From a virus (lineage: Duplodnaviria; Caudoviricetes), in IMG/VR virus record IMGVR_UViG_3300032295_000707, positions 2,700 through 66,699 of that record: a stretch of DNA of 64,000 bases, one strand, 5' to 3'. Below, one piece after another: positions 42,585 to 52,722 of the stretch. How positions within the stretch are numbered: the stretch's first letter is position 1; each line of letters begins with the position of its first letter. The position numbers and the translations under genes are program-made. The notes beneath the pieces are model-generated. The model had not been told where the DNA came from. It did no database searches and saw only the letters and a program-made list of their open reading frames with translations.

Positions 42585-45500
42585 ATGGCGGCAGGCGATA
42601 CAGCAAATATTTTAAACGGTTATAGGTCTATTACCTATAACTTCACGCTGGCGGCAGTTACACCTGCTAATTTAAAAGATCCTGAATCTTATAGAAATAA
42701 AAAATTACCTTTTGTAATTGCTAGGTCTGCAGGCAAAGGAGTAAACGCATTACAGTCATCGGCAGTTATTCCTACACAATCTTCTTCTGGCGACCAAGCT
42801 GAAGACGACACTGCAAAGAAAAAAACAGAAGTAGATTCATTTAACAAAGAAAGTCCTGGTGCGTTTGACTTGTTTATTGATAATGTTGAATTAGACACTA
42901 TTATTGCACCCAACGAACAAACAGGCGCAGCGTTGGGAACTAAAGTTAAGTTTGAAATATACGAACCTTTTAGTATTAACGGATTTATTGAAGCTCTACA
43001 TGTTGCAGCTAGAGCGGCAGGATGGTCTGGTTATATAAATGCTTCTTTCTTATTAAAGATAGAATTTTGGGGATACTCTGATAAGGATACTGGTCCTAGT
43101 GCAACGCCTCAAAAAATTCCTGCAGACAAATATGTTATTATTAAACTAACAGGAGCAGAAATTGAAGTTACTGAACAAGGTACTCGATACAGATGCACAG
43201 GTATTCCGGTAAACGAATCTGCATACAGTAATGCTAACAAACTAACTGCTCAACGGCAAATGACAGGTAACACTGTGCATAAAGTTATTGCAGATTTATT
43301 TGACGGTCTTAATGAGGGCGAGGCTGATAAAGCAGAAAATTCTACAGGAAAAAAACGAGATAGAGATAGGTATACGGTATTCTTTCCTAAAGAACCAGAT
43401 GCTGGTGAAGCATTAAAATTAGATGAAAATATAATTAGTAAAATTGGCCTAGCTAAAATAAATGAGGTGCTAAAAGAGAACACCATTTATAGATTTCCTC
43501 CTCTGAAAGATAAGGAAACAAAGCCTAATGCAAAATATAATCCTTCAGAGAATTCGATACAATTTGCAGCAGGGTCAGATATACTTGACATCATTACAGC
43601 GGTTATTCGCGATAGTCACTACATGAAAAGTGTGTTAGAAAACTTAGATAAAGAAGCTAAGTCTGGTGACGGAATGATTGATTATTTTCAAGTAACTGTT
43701 AACACTATTCCTCTTAAATTAGACTCAGCAACCAATAAACAGTTATACGAGTTTCAATACATTATAACACCCTATAAGGTACATTTTAGTAAATTGCCCG
43801 ATCAACAATTTAATAAATTTGACCCGTCAAGGCTAAAAGCATTTGTTAAAAGAACATACGATTATCTCTATGGCGGAAAGAATGTCGATATTATAAATTT
43901 TAAATTAAATTTTAATAATTTGTTTTTTCAGGCTGCAAATCCAAACATGGGTAATAAACCAACTAGTGAAAAAGCAACATCGGCAGCACCGTCAGGCGGA
44001 GTTGAAGTTACTAGATCTACCAATGCTGCTGCTGGCGCTTCAAATCAAGAAACTGAAGCAAGTCCGTCTGTAGTCATACCAGAAGCTAGTAGTCAAGCTG
44101 GTCGTGCTAGCCCAGGCAGGAACGATCCTTATTATCAAATTTCCTACAATGCACATCAAGCAATTTTAGAAAGTGTTAATATGATCACTGGTAATCTAGA
44201 ACTATTAGGCGATCCATTTTTCTTATGTACTAGCGGGATGAGTAACTACCTTCCTAAAATTAAAGATGTTGCTACTACTTCAGACGGTGAAGCAAACTTT
44301 ACACAAGGTCCAGTTATTGTAAAATTAAATTTTAGAAATCCAATAGATATAGATTCTGATCCGAGAAGTCCAACTTACGGACTTTTAAAATTTAAAGACT
44401 TAGCACCTTTCAGCGGCCTATACCAAGTTCTTAAATGTCAAAGCACATTTAGAGACGGAGTGTTTAAACAGACTATTAAACTACTTCGTTACCAAGGGCA
44501 AATAGATGCAGGTTCGAACGAGAAAGAAAAATTTGCAGAAGCATTTAACGAAGCTCCTGATCCCGATAATAATATAAGAACTGATACTGCAAGGCCTGAC
44601 ATTCAAAAATACGGAGCCAAAGCAAACGATATTAACCTGCTTAATTTAATTAATAAAGGGTTGCCCACAAACGGGTTACCGGGGCAGTTACTTAATATTG
44701 CAGGTACAACAATTGCAGGAGTTAGTGGAGCACTTTCTCAAGTAAATGGTATAGTATCTCAAGGAGTTAATTTGTTAAATCAAGTTGCTGGGCCAGGAGG
44801 CGCAATTAATATAGGTAGTGCGCTTCCTGCAATAAACGCTTTATCTGCAGGGCTAAGAGCAAATTCTGCCGCTTTAGCAAATATATCAAATGTTACTGGA
44901 GGACTATCTGCTGTGGCAAATAAATTTACTGTTGGCGGCGCAACTGAAAATCTTAATAATCCTTTCTCTGGTCAACTTACTGCACTAGCAAGTAAACTAA
45001 CTTCAGAAGCTTCTAATATAGGAGTCAATCCGGGAGTACTATCTCCAGAAAGAACGACAGCTATTACAAGAGATGCAATTGAACGAGGATTAGATGTTAA
45101 CAAAGCACTAGCAAATGCCAGCGTATATACAGGTGCTCCTGTTAATCCTGAATCATTAACTGCATTGGCTAATAATCTAGACATAACTAAGGTTGTAGGA
45201 GCTAGTAATTCAGGATTTATTGGACCAGCAACAGATAAAATTGACAAACTATTTTCAACAGATCCTACAGGATTAACTGCTAATCAAAAATCTGCTGTTA
45301 TTGCAGATGCAATGTCAAAAGGTATTCCAGTAGATCAAGCATTAAGAAACGCTAGTGTGTTTGGAGTTAATCTACCAGGAGTATCTGAAATTAATGCAAC
45401 ATCAGCTATGGCCAAACTAGGATTTTCTGCTGCTCAATTAAGCGGAGTATCTAATTTAGATAGTAAAGTGTTTAATCAAATAGAAGAAATTACAAAGTCT

Positions 45501-46574
45501 ATTCCTAAGAATGTAAACCTTGCAGCAGTTAAAGAACAGGGTATTATTCTTGGAGGATTAACTGCTGATACTTTACAAAACTTACCAGCAACTGAACCAA
45601 ACGCAGTAGCACCAAGAGCAGACTTGCCCGACAGTGGATTAACTCCTGCAGAAGAAAAATCATTAATGGCCGCTCTAGCTGCCAGTGTTTTAAGTCCTTC
45701 TGTTAAGAGTAAATTACCTAAAGCAGTTGTAGGTAGTCCAGCAAGCCTTGATCCGGGTATCGCTAAACTAAACAATCTAGTTGCTTCTGGTTACAAGAAA
45801 CCAAAAACTCCGGCATGGAACTCTACCCCAGGTGGTGGCGGCACTGGTGGAGGTGGAGGAGTCGAAGGTGGAGGAGGAGGCGGCACTGTTGGATTTGCAG
45901 CAGGCGGCGGAGGACCTGTCGGCAAAGTTGCTAGAGATCCTTCATGGGATTATGCAGCTCATTCATTCTTTGAAAATCAAGCGCACGATAGACAATATTT
46001 TGCTATTGAATATGCTGGAATGGATTATCTACCTAAGACCGGTGTTGCGGCGCTACCTACGGAAAGTGCTAGACAACTAATGCGAGACTATGCAGTAAAT
46101 GTATTAGGATGGGCAGGCGACGAAGGTATTCCTACAGGACCAGACGGAGAAGTATCGTTTACTGATCCTAACTTTAAACCAGCACGAAGTTTACAAGAAT
46201 ATATGCTAACAAATGCAACACAAAACGGCTGGTTAGACAGCAACGGCCAAAGCACCCTACCACCAGATTTCCAACAACAATATGAAGCTGCCCAATTAGC
46301 ATCTCTTAACCCGCATATTCAAGCACAGTTAGAAAGGATTAAATCTGGACAACAACAGTTAGTAAATCCTAACATACCATCAGCGGCCGATATAGCGGCT
46401 GCATCTGCAGCCGCTATTGATTATGTTTCTGGATACCCTATAGCCAGCGATCCAAACTTAATTGGCGGTCCAATTCAACAGTTTACACAAACTGGTCCTA
46501 GTACTTCATCATCTGGTGCAACAGGACCTGCAGAGCCAGAACCAATATTTGATAATAGTTGGGGAGGTGCATAA
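42585..46574 (+). CDS. Baseplate hub protein (gp27/contractile-system hub-like) with long C-terminal extension, 1329 aa
   Basis: Between the gp53-like and gp5-like genes; LELLGDPFFL, FSGLYQVLKCQSTFRDGVFKQTIKLLR hub-type motifs end near aa 640; the rest is low-complexity plus a unique domain. Confidence 0.6.
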   Translation: MAAGDTANILNGYRSITYNFTLAAVTPANLKDPESYRNKKLPFVIARSAGKGVNALQSSAVIPTQSSSGDQAEDDTAKKKTEVDSFNKESPGAFDLFIDNVELDTIIAPNEQTGAALGTKVKFEIYEPFSINGFIEALHVAARAAGWSGYINASFLLKIEFWGYSDKDTGPSATPQKIPADKYVIIKLTGAEIEVTEQGTRYRCTGIPVNESAYSNANKLTAQRQMTGNTVHKVIADLFDGLNEGEADKAENSTGKKRDRDRYTVFFPKEPDAGEALKLDENIISKIGLAKINEVLKENTIYRFPPLKDKETKPNAKYNPSENSIQFAAGSDILDIITAVIRDSHYMKSVLENLDKEAKSGDGMIDYFQVTVNTIPLKLDSATNKQLYEFQYIITPYKVHFSKLPDQQFNKFDPSRLKAFVKRTYDYLYGGKNVDIINFKLNFNNLFFQAANPNMGNKPTSEKATSAAPSGGVEVTRSTNAAAGASNQETEASPSVVIPEASSQAGRASPGRNDPYYQISYNAHQAILESVNMITGNLELLGDPFFLCTSGMSNYLPKIKDVATTSDGEANFTQGPVIVKLNFRNPIDIDSDPRSPTYGLLKFKDLAPFSGLYQVLKCQSTFRDGVFKQTIKLLRYQGQIDAGSNEKEKFAEAFNEAPDPDNNIRTDTARPDIQKYGAKANDINLLNLINKGLPTNGLPGQLLNIAGTTIAGVSGALSQVNGIVSQGVNLLNQVAGPGGAINIGSALPAINALSAGLRANSAALANISNVTGGLSAVANKFTVGGATENLNNPFSGQLTALASKLTSEASNIGVNPGVLSPERTTAITRDAIERGLDVNKALANASVYTGAPVNPESLTALANNLDITKVVGASNSGFIGPATDKIDKLFSTDPTGLTANQKSAVIADAMSKGIPVDQALRNASVFGVNLPGVSEINATSAMAKLGFSAAQLSGVSNLDSKVFNQIEEITKSIPKNVNLAAVKEQGIILGGLTADTLQNLPATEPNAVAPRADLPDSGLTPAEEKSLMAALAASVLSPSVKSKLPKAVVGSPASLDPGIAKLNNLVASGYKKPKTPAWNSTPGGGGTGGGGGVEGGGGGGTVGFAAGGGGPVGKVARDPSWDYAAHSFFENQAHDRQYFAIEYAGMDYLPKTGVAALPTESARQLMRDYAVNVLGWAGDEGIPTGPDGEVSFTDPNFKPARSLQEYMLTNATQNGWLDSNGQSTLPPDFQQQYEAAQLASLNPHIQAQLERIKSGQQQLVNPNIPSAADIAAASAAAIDYVSGYPIASDPNLIGGPIQQFTQTGPSTSSSGATGPAEPEPIFDNSWGGA

Positions 46575-48805
46575 TGCCAGATTTCTCCAGACAAGCCAAG
46601 GGCATATACGGAAAAAATAACACAAAATTACCGTCGCCCGGACCATGGTTAGGGATTGTTACTAATCACCTTGATCCTACATATATGGGTGCTTTAGAAG
46701 TTAGTCTAATACAAGCTGCTCAAGGCACAACAGATCTTCAGAGTCAGACTTTTGTTGTTAACTATGTGTCTCCTTTTGCAGGAACTACTTCAATTGAGTT
46801 TGAAGGCACTAATTCTGCAAAATTTCAAGACTCTCAGCAAAGCTACGGATTTTGGGCGGTGCCTCCGGATATTGGCGCAACTGTCATGGTTATCTTTATT
46901 GATGGAGACCCTAATTCTGGATTCTGGTTCGGATGTGTCCCTGACAGATTTCAGAATCATATGATACCAGGTATAGCTGCTAGTAAGAATGTAGCAATAG
47001 ACCCTTCGCAAGAAAGGAAGTATGGAACCCGTTACTTACCTGTCGGTGAATTTAATAAATCTACAAGAAAAGACACTAACGGAACAGGCGGACAAAGCAT
47101 ACGATTAGTAAACGAATTTAACAAACCTGTACACCCATTTGCTGATAGATTATTAGCCCAAGGACTGTTGCTAGATAAAGTTCGTGGCGTTACAAGTTCC
47201 GGCGCACGACGAGAGGTGCCTAGTAGCGTGTTTGGTATATCTACTCCTGGGCCTTTAGACAATGGTCCAGATGGAAAAAAGAGGCAAGTAGGATACACCA
47301 ATGATAAAACTGGCCCTATACCTGTAACTAGATTAGGTGGTTCTTCTTTTGTAATGGACGACGGCGACAAAGAAGGTCAAAACGAGCTTGTTAGAATCCG
47401 CACAAGAACAGGTCATCAGATTTTAATGCATAATAGTAGTGACTTGATCTACATAGGAAACAGTAAAGGTACTGCTTGGATTGAATTAACTAGCAACGGA
47501 AAAATTGATGTATACGCTGAAGACAGTGTTAGTATTCATACAGAAAACGATTTTAACTTTAAAGCAGAAAGAGATATCAACTTAGAAGCTGGTAGAGATA
47601 TGAACTTTAAGGTAAGTGGATCTTATCAAATGGATGTTACTGGTGACTACACTTTACTTGTACAGCAATCTGGAATGATAACTTTTTCTGAACATTACGA
47701 TCATAGCGTTGGAAAAGATCTTAAACTAACAGTAGGCGAAGACGGTCACATTGCTGCAGGTGGAAAGATGTACACTACTTCTATTGGTGATATGCATATT
47801 CGTACTGGCAATATAATGCATCAAACTTCTGCAGGAATATTTAATGTGCTAGCAGGCGGCAAATATATTGAAACAGCTACAGAAATTCATATGAATGGTC
47901 CAGCGGCTACTAGTGCCGCAGCCGCATCGGCAGCTGATATTCCAGAAGCATTACCTTTATTCCTGCTACCTAACAGGGCCAAAGATGCTGGATGGGAAAA
48001 CGGACAGTTTTATAAAGCATCAGATATAGAATCGATTATGAAACGAGTTCCAACTCACGAACCATGGGACCATCACGAAAGTTTAAATCCAGGCCAGTTT
48101 ACTCCTTCTCAGACTGATATAGGAAAAGCTGTACCTACAAAAACAGGCGCTAAAGACCCTAACACTCAACCAACTCCGGGTACTACTCCAGACCAACCTC
48201 CTAATCTTAATAGAGGAGATATGCCGTCTGATTGGACACAGGATGCTGATTTTATTAAGAAAGTTAGATCAGTTGCTGCTTCTCTAGGATGTTCACATAT
48301 TGACTTGTTGTGCTGTATGGCGTTTGAAACTGGGAGAACATTTAATCCTGCAATACGAAATAGTATTGGAGCTACAGGATTAATACAGTTTATTAGACCT
48401 ACTGCAATTGCTTTAGGAACAACAACTGATGCTCTTGCTGCCATGAGCAGAACGGAACAAATGGATTGGGTATTAAAGTACTTTAAGGCCGGGCCAGTAT
48501 CAAAGATTGCTGCTCCATCACTTGAAGATTTATATATGCAGATTCTATGGCCTAGAGCAGTTGGCAAACCATTAGACTATATTTTATTCTCTGCAGGTGA
48601 AAAAGCGTATGCACAAAATCCTTTAGATAAAGACAAGAAAGGATATGTAACTAAAGCCGATGCAGCTTCAAAAGTAAGAGATCAATTAAATTATGTTAGA
48701 ACACAATTGCTAAAAGTACCCGACTCAGGCAGTGCAGTTACTGACAGTAGCGGCAATCCAATCAAAGACGGTAGTGGTAATCCAGTTAGATATGGCGGCG
48801 GTTAA
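46574..48805 (+). CDS. gp5: Baseplate central spike (gp5/VgrG-like) with C-terminal lysozyme-fold domain, ~743 aa (likely start MPDFS at 46574)
   Basis: OB-fold (DPTYMGALEV...YGFWAVPPDIGATVMVIF), RIRTRTGHQILM, beta-helix repeats, EIHMNGP; then MAFETGRTFNPAIRNSIGATGLIQF; GGAGG SD with TAATG overlap. Confidence 0.75.
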   Translation: MPDFSRQAKGIYGKNNTKLPSPGPWLGIVTNHLDPTYMGALEVSLIQAAQGTTDLQSQTFVVNYVSPFAGTTSIEFEGTNSAKFQDSQQSYGFWAVPPDIGATVMVIFIDGDPNSGFWFGCVPDRFQNHMIPGIAASKNVAIDPSQERKYGTRYLPVGEFNKSTRKDTNGTGGQSIRLVNEFNKPVHPFADRLLAQGLLLDKVRGVTSSGARREVPSSVFGISTPGPLDNGPDGKKRQVGYTNDKTGPIPVTRLGGSSFVMDDGDKEGQNELVRIRTRTGHQILMHNSSDLIYIGNSKGTAWIELTSNGKIDVYAEDSVSIHTENDFNFKAERDINLEAGRDMNFKVSGSYQMDVTGDYTLLVQQSGMITFSEHYDHSVGKDLKLTVGEDGHIAAGGKMYTTSIGDMHIRTGNIMHQTSAGIFNVLAGGKYIETATEIHMNGPAATSAAAASAADIPEALPLFLLPNRAKDAGWENGQFYKASDIESIMKRVPTHEPWDHHESLNPGQFTPSQTDIGKAVPTKTGAKDPNTQPTPGTTPDQPPNLNRGDMPSDWTQDADFIKKVRSVAASLGCSHIDLLCCMAFETGRTFNPAIRNSIGATGLIQFIRPTAIALGTTTDALAAMSRTEQMDWVLKYFKAGPVSKIAAPSLEDLYMQILWPRAVGKPLDYILFSAGEKAYAQNPLDKDKKGYVTKADAASKVRDQLNYVRTQLLKVPDSGSAVTDSSGNPIKDGSGNPVRYGGG

Positions 48806-48813
48806 ATAGTATT

Positions 48814-49248
48814 ATGGCCTATAAAAATATCGTTGTTAAATCAAATAATATCAAAGCGCAGACTACAGTAAAGAGTAGCCAGTTTTACAAAGGATTCAGT
48901 ACGGTTGATGAATCGTCGTTTACTACTAAGATATATGATTATGAATTAGTTAAGCAAGACCTATTAAATCAATTTAATACACGCAAAGGCGAACGAGTAA
49001 TGAATCCAACTTTTGGTACTATTATTTGGGATTTGCTGTACGAACCGTTAACACCGTCGATAAAACAACAAATTGCTGACGATATTGATAAGATTTTATC
49101 TAGAGAACCTAGGGTAATTCCTACCCAAGTTAACATCATAGAACAAGATTACGGCTTTTATTTAGAGCTAACACTAACCTATTCTGGAACTGATGTAAGT
49201 GACCAGATAAGGCTGGCATTTGACCGCGAAGTTGGCCTAATGGGCTAA
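48814..49248 (+). CDS. gp25: Baseplate wedge subunit (T4 gp25 family), 144 aa
   Basis: LVKQDLLNQFNTRKGERVMNPTFGTIIWDLLYEP, EPRV motifs; TTAAATA at 48802-48808. Confidence 0.88.
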   Translation: MAYKNIVVKSNNIKAQTTVKSSQFYKGFSTVDESSFTTKIYDYELVKQDLLNQFNTRKGERVMNPTFGTIIWDLLYEPLTPSIKQQIADDIDKILSREPRVIPTQVNIIEQDYGFYLELTLTYSGTDVSDQIRLAFDREVGLMG

Positions 49249-49271
49249 TAATATACCAGGTTTATGTTAGC

Positions 49272-49279
49272 TATAAATA
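49272..49279 (+). promoter_or_regulatory. T4-type late promoter TATAAATA
   Basis: Exact consensus 24 nt upstream of the gp6-like gene. Confidence 0.7.
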
Positions 49280-49302
49280 TGCTATAATTGGGCAATTAGC
49301 AT

Positions 49303-52300
49303 ATGATTCCATCGACAAATAATAAACTTCTTGTTGCAGAAGACTGGAAAAAGATATACCAGTCTTTTAATAATTCAGATTTTAAATCGTACGACTTTGA
49401 AACACTTCGTCGTACTATGATCACATATCTTCGTGAAAATTATCCCGAAGATTTCAACGACTACATTGATTCTAGCGAGTATGTTGCTTTAATTGACCTT
49501 ATTGCATACCTAGGACAAAACCTAAGTTTCCGTGTTGATTTAAATGCCCGAGAAAACTTTTTAGAAACAGCGCAACGCCGAGAAAGTATTTTAAGACTTG
49601 CCCAGTTAATAAATTACAATCCAAAAAGAAATACTCCTGCTAACGGATTTTTAAAAATCACTAGCATTAGCACTACTGAAAATATTACAGATGCTAACGG
49701 TGTCAATCTATCAAATACTCCAATCGCCTGGAATGATCCAAGTAACAGTAATTGGTATCAACAGTTTTTAACTGTAATTAACAATGCTATGCCAGCTGAT
49801 ATTACATTTGGCAAACCGTATGATAGAAAATCTATTAGTGGCATTCCTACAGAACAATATAAAATCAATTCAGCTATAACAGATGTACCACTGTTTACAT
49901 TTTCAAAATCCGTCAGTGGCGTATCTATGGAATTTGAAATTGTTAGCAGTACATTTGCTGAATCAACTTATATAAAAGAATCTACTCCTTTACCTGGCTC
50001 TAATTTTAGTTTTATATTTAGAAATGATTCTAGGGGAAGTGCTAGTGCAAATACTGGTTTCTTTGTACATTTCCGTCAAGGTACTTTAGGGGTTAGTTCA
50101 TTTAGCGTTGATACTCCTGTTGCTAACGAAGTAGTAGGTATCGACATTGCAAACATTAATGACACTGATGTATGGTTATGGCAACTTGACGGTAATGGAA
50201 ATTATGGTACAGAGTGGACTAAAGTTTCAAACATTACTGGAAATAACATCATTTATAACAGTTTAGATATTTCTAAAAGGAATATCTATGCAGTAACATC
50301 TCGAGATCAAGATCAAATTGATCTAACATTTGCTGATGGTGCGTTCGGAAACTTGCCTAAAGGTAATTTTAAATTATTTTATAGACAAAGCAACGGGTTA
50401 CAGTACTCTATCAAACCTGATCAGATGAACGGTATTCAAATCCAGGTGCCTTATGTTAACAAGGGCGGCCAACGAAACACTATTACTTTTACTTTAAGTT
50501 TGCAGTATACAGTAAACAATTCTTCTGCTCCTGAAACTAACGACAACATTAAATTAAAGGCTCCTCAAGCATATTATACACAAAACCGTATGATCACTGC
50601 TGAAGACTATAATATTGCTCCGCTAACAGCAGGAACAGATATTCTTAAAGTTAAAAGTGTTAATAGAATCAGTAGTGGCATTAGTAAGTATTTTGAACTT
50701 AGCGATGTAAGTGGAAAGTATTCTACTACAAATATCTACGGTAGTGATGGCGCTCTTTACAAAGACATAAAACAATCAACAATTGAGTTTAGTTTTGATA
50801 ATAGGAACGATATATATTCTGTAATTCAAAATCAAATAATTCCTATTGTTGAATCTGATATGCTGAGAGATTTTTACTTTGATAACTATCCAAGACCAGA
50901 TTTGCAATCTCAAAGCGCATTATGGCAACAGTTAACTAGCACTACAAATCAATCTACTGGGTACTTTAAAGATAAAATTTTAGGAACTCCTTTGCAAACA
51001 GGATTCTTTAGCGGTAATAATCTATCGTATGTTGATACAGGTGCTCTAGTAAAATATGTTCCGGGCGACGGATATGTATTTGCTAAGAATGGAAAACGAA
51101 TTCCTGTAGCCAATGCCGACTCTACTACTTCAAAATACATGTGGAGTAAGATTGCATTAGTCATAGGTGACGGTGCAAATGCAGGTGCAGGTGCCTTAGC
51201 AAACGGCACAGGACCTATTGTAGCTACAGGATATGTTCCTACCGATGCAGTAGCTAGCTCGGTCATTCCTAATTTTAGTACAGTTTTTAGTTATTCTTTA
51301 CAAAATGAAATTATTAATCTATGTCTAGCTACACGAAATTTTGGAATTGCTTTTTCTGCAGACACTCGTTCTTGGTATATTATCAACGATACTAATTTAA
51401 ACACAGCAGATCCTTTTACTCTGGTATACCAGAAAGATGTGTCTAATTCTAATAGAGATACAGGCTGGATGTTTGCGTTCCTGTGGAACGGTACTGGATA
51501 TGAAGTAGTATATAGGACTTCTGATTATATCTTTGAAAGTAAAGCTGAGACTGCGTTCTTCTATGATGGGACTGATAAGAATTATGACTTTGTTACAAAT
51601 ACAGTGGTCAAAGATAAAATTTCTGTTTTGGGAATAAACACAGTTTCTACATCTTCATTCTACAGTCTAGGAAAAGATTATCATTGGCAAGTTAATGGAA
51701 ATATTGTTGAAGCAGACGGCTATGTTGAGCCTAAAAAAGTTAAAGTATCATTTTTTGATGCACAAGATGATGGACAAATTGATAACCCTGATAGTTTTGA
51801 AGAAATTGTAATTTCTAATTCTACTAGTTCGTATACAACCTATAAAGATAAGTTTGTATATTTTAAAAATAGTGCAGATGAATTAACTTATAGTTTAGTT
51901 GATTCTTCTAATTTCTTAGCATACCCAATTCCTGACAACATTCCTGCAGACATGAAAATAGAAGGTCAACTTTATTATTTTTATGACTACGGGCTCGATT
52001 ATGTTGCTAGTTATTCTACAGCTACTTCAGCACCTTTTACACTAGAGCCTAGCTATTATGCTAAACCCGGTAGACATTCTCTTAAATTTCATTATGTACA
52101 TAATAGTGGAGATAGTAAACGATTAGATCCTAGCAAAACTAATTTAATCGATGTTTTTATTTTATCATCGTCGTACGATACTACTTTTAGAGCATGGTTA
52201 TCTTCCGGTGCTGGCACAGCTCCCCTCCCTCCTACTAGTTCTAGTCTTGAAACAAACTATAGTGCAGCATTGGAGCCAATAAAAGCAATTAGTGATTCAA

Positions 52301-52722
52301 TTGTTTATCAACCTGCAATTTATAAAGTTTTATTTGGAACTACTGCTAATAAAAATTTACAAGCAACATTTAAAGCAGTTAGAAATTCGACAAGGTCTAT
52401 TTCTGATAACGATATTAAATCTAGAATTTTAACAGCAATTAATGAATTCTTTAGTTTAGATAATTGGGACTTTGGACAACCATTCTATTTTAGCGAACTG
52501 TCCACTTATGTGATGAACACACTGTCTCCTGATATAACAAACTTTATTCTAGTACCTAAAGCAGATGTACCGTTTGGTAGCTTATATGAAATTGCATGTC
52601 AAAATAATGAAATTTTTGTAAGCGGAGTTACAGCAACTGACATTGAAGTAATTGATACTATTACTTCTAGTCAAATTAAAACAACCTCAACAATTATTAA
52701 CAGTTCAGTAGGAGCAGCCTAA
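49303..52722 (+). CDS. gp6: Baseplate wedge subunit (T4 gp6-like), 1139 aa
   Basis: DFKSYDFETLRRTMITYLRENYPEDFNDY, LIDLIAYLGQ, ENFLETAQRRESILRLA, FADGAFGNLP, QNRMITAEDY motifs. Confidence 0.85.
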   Translation: MIPSTNNKLLVAEDWKKIYQSFNNSDFKSYDFETLRRTMITYLRENYPEDFNDYIDSSEYVALIDLIAYLGQNLSFRVDLNARENFLETAQRRESILRLAQLINYNPKRNTPANGFLKITSISTTENITDANGVNLSNTPIAWNDPSNSNWYQQFLTVINNAMPADITFGKPYDRKSISGIPTEQYKINSAITDVPLFTFSKSVSGVSMEFEIVSSTFAESTYIKESTPLPGSNFSFIFRNDSRGSASANTGFFVHFRQGTLGVSSFSVDTPVANEVVGIDIANINDTDVWLWQLDGNGNYGTEWTKVSNITGNNIIYNSLDISKRNIYAVTSRDQDQIDLTFADGAFGNLPKGNFKLFYRQSNGLQYSIKPDQMNGIQIQVPYVNKGGQRNTITFTLSLQYTVNNSSAPETNDNIKLKAPQAYYTQNRMITAEDYNIAPLTAGTDILKVKSVNRISSGISKYFELSDVSGKYSTTNIYGSDGALYKDIKQSTIEFSFDNRNDIYSVIQNQIIPIVESDMLRDFYFDNYPRPDLQSQSALWQQLTSTTNQSTGYFKDKILGTPLQTGFFSGNNLSYVDTGALVKYVPGDGYVFAKNGKRIPVANADSTTSKYMWSKIALVIGDGANAGAGALANGTGPIVATGYVPTDAVASSVIPNFSTVFSYSLQNEIINLCLATRNFGIAFSADTRSWYIINDTNLNTADPFTLVYQKDVSNSNRDTGWMFAFLWNGTGYEVVYRTSDYIFESKAETAFFYDGTDKNYDFVTNTVVKDKISVLGINTVSTSSFYSLGKDYHWQVNGNIVEADGYVEPKKVKVSFFDAQDDGQIDNPDSFEEIVISNSTSSYTTYKDKFVYFKNSADELTYSLVDSSNFLAYPIPDNIPADMKIEGQLYYFYDYGLDYVASYSTATSAPFTLEPSYYAKPGRHSLKFHYVHNSGDSKRLDPSKTNLIDVFILSSSYDTTFRAWLSSGAGTAPLPPTSSSLETNYSAALEPIKAISDSIVYQPAIYKVLFGTTANKNLQATFKAVRNSTRSISDNDIKSRILTAINEFFSLDNWDFGQPFYFSELSTYVMNTLSPDITNFILVPKADVPFGSLYEIACQNNEIFVSGVTATDIEVIDTITSSQIKTTSTIINSSVGAA

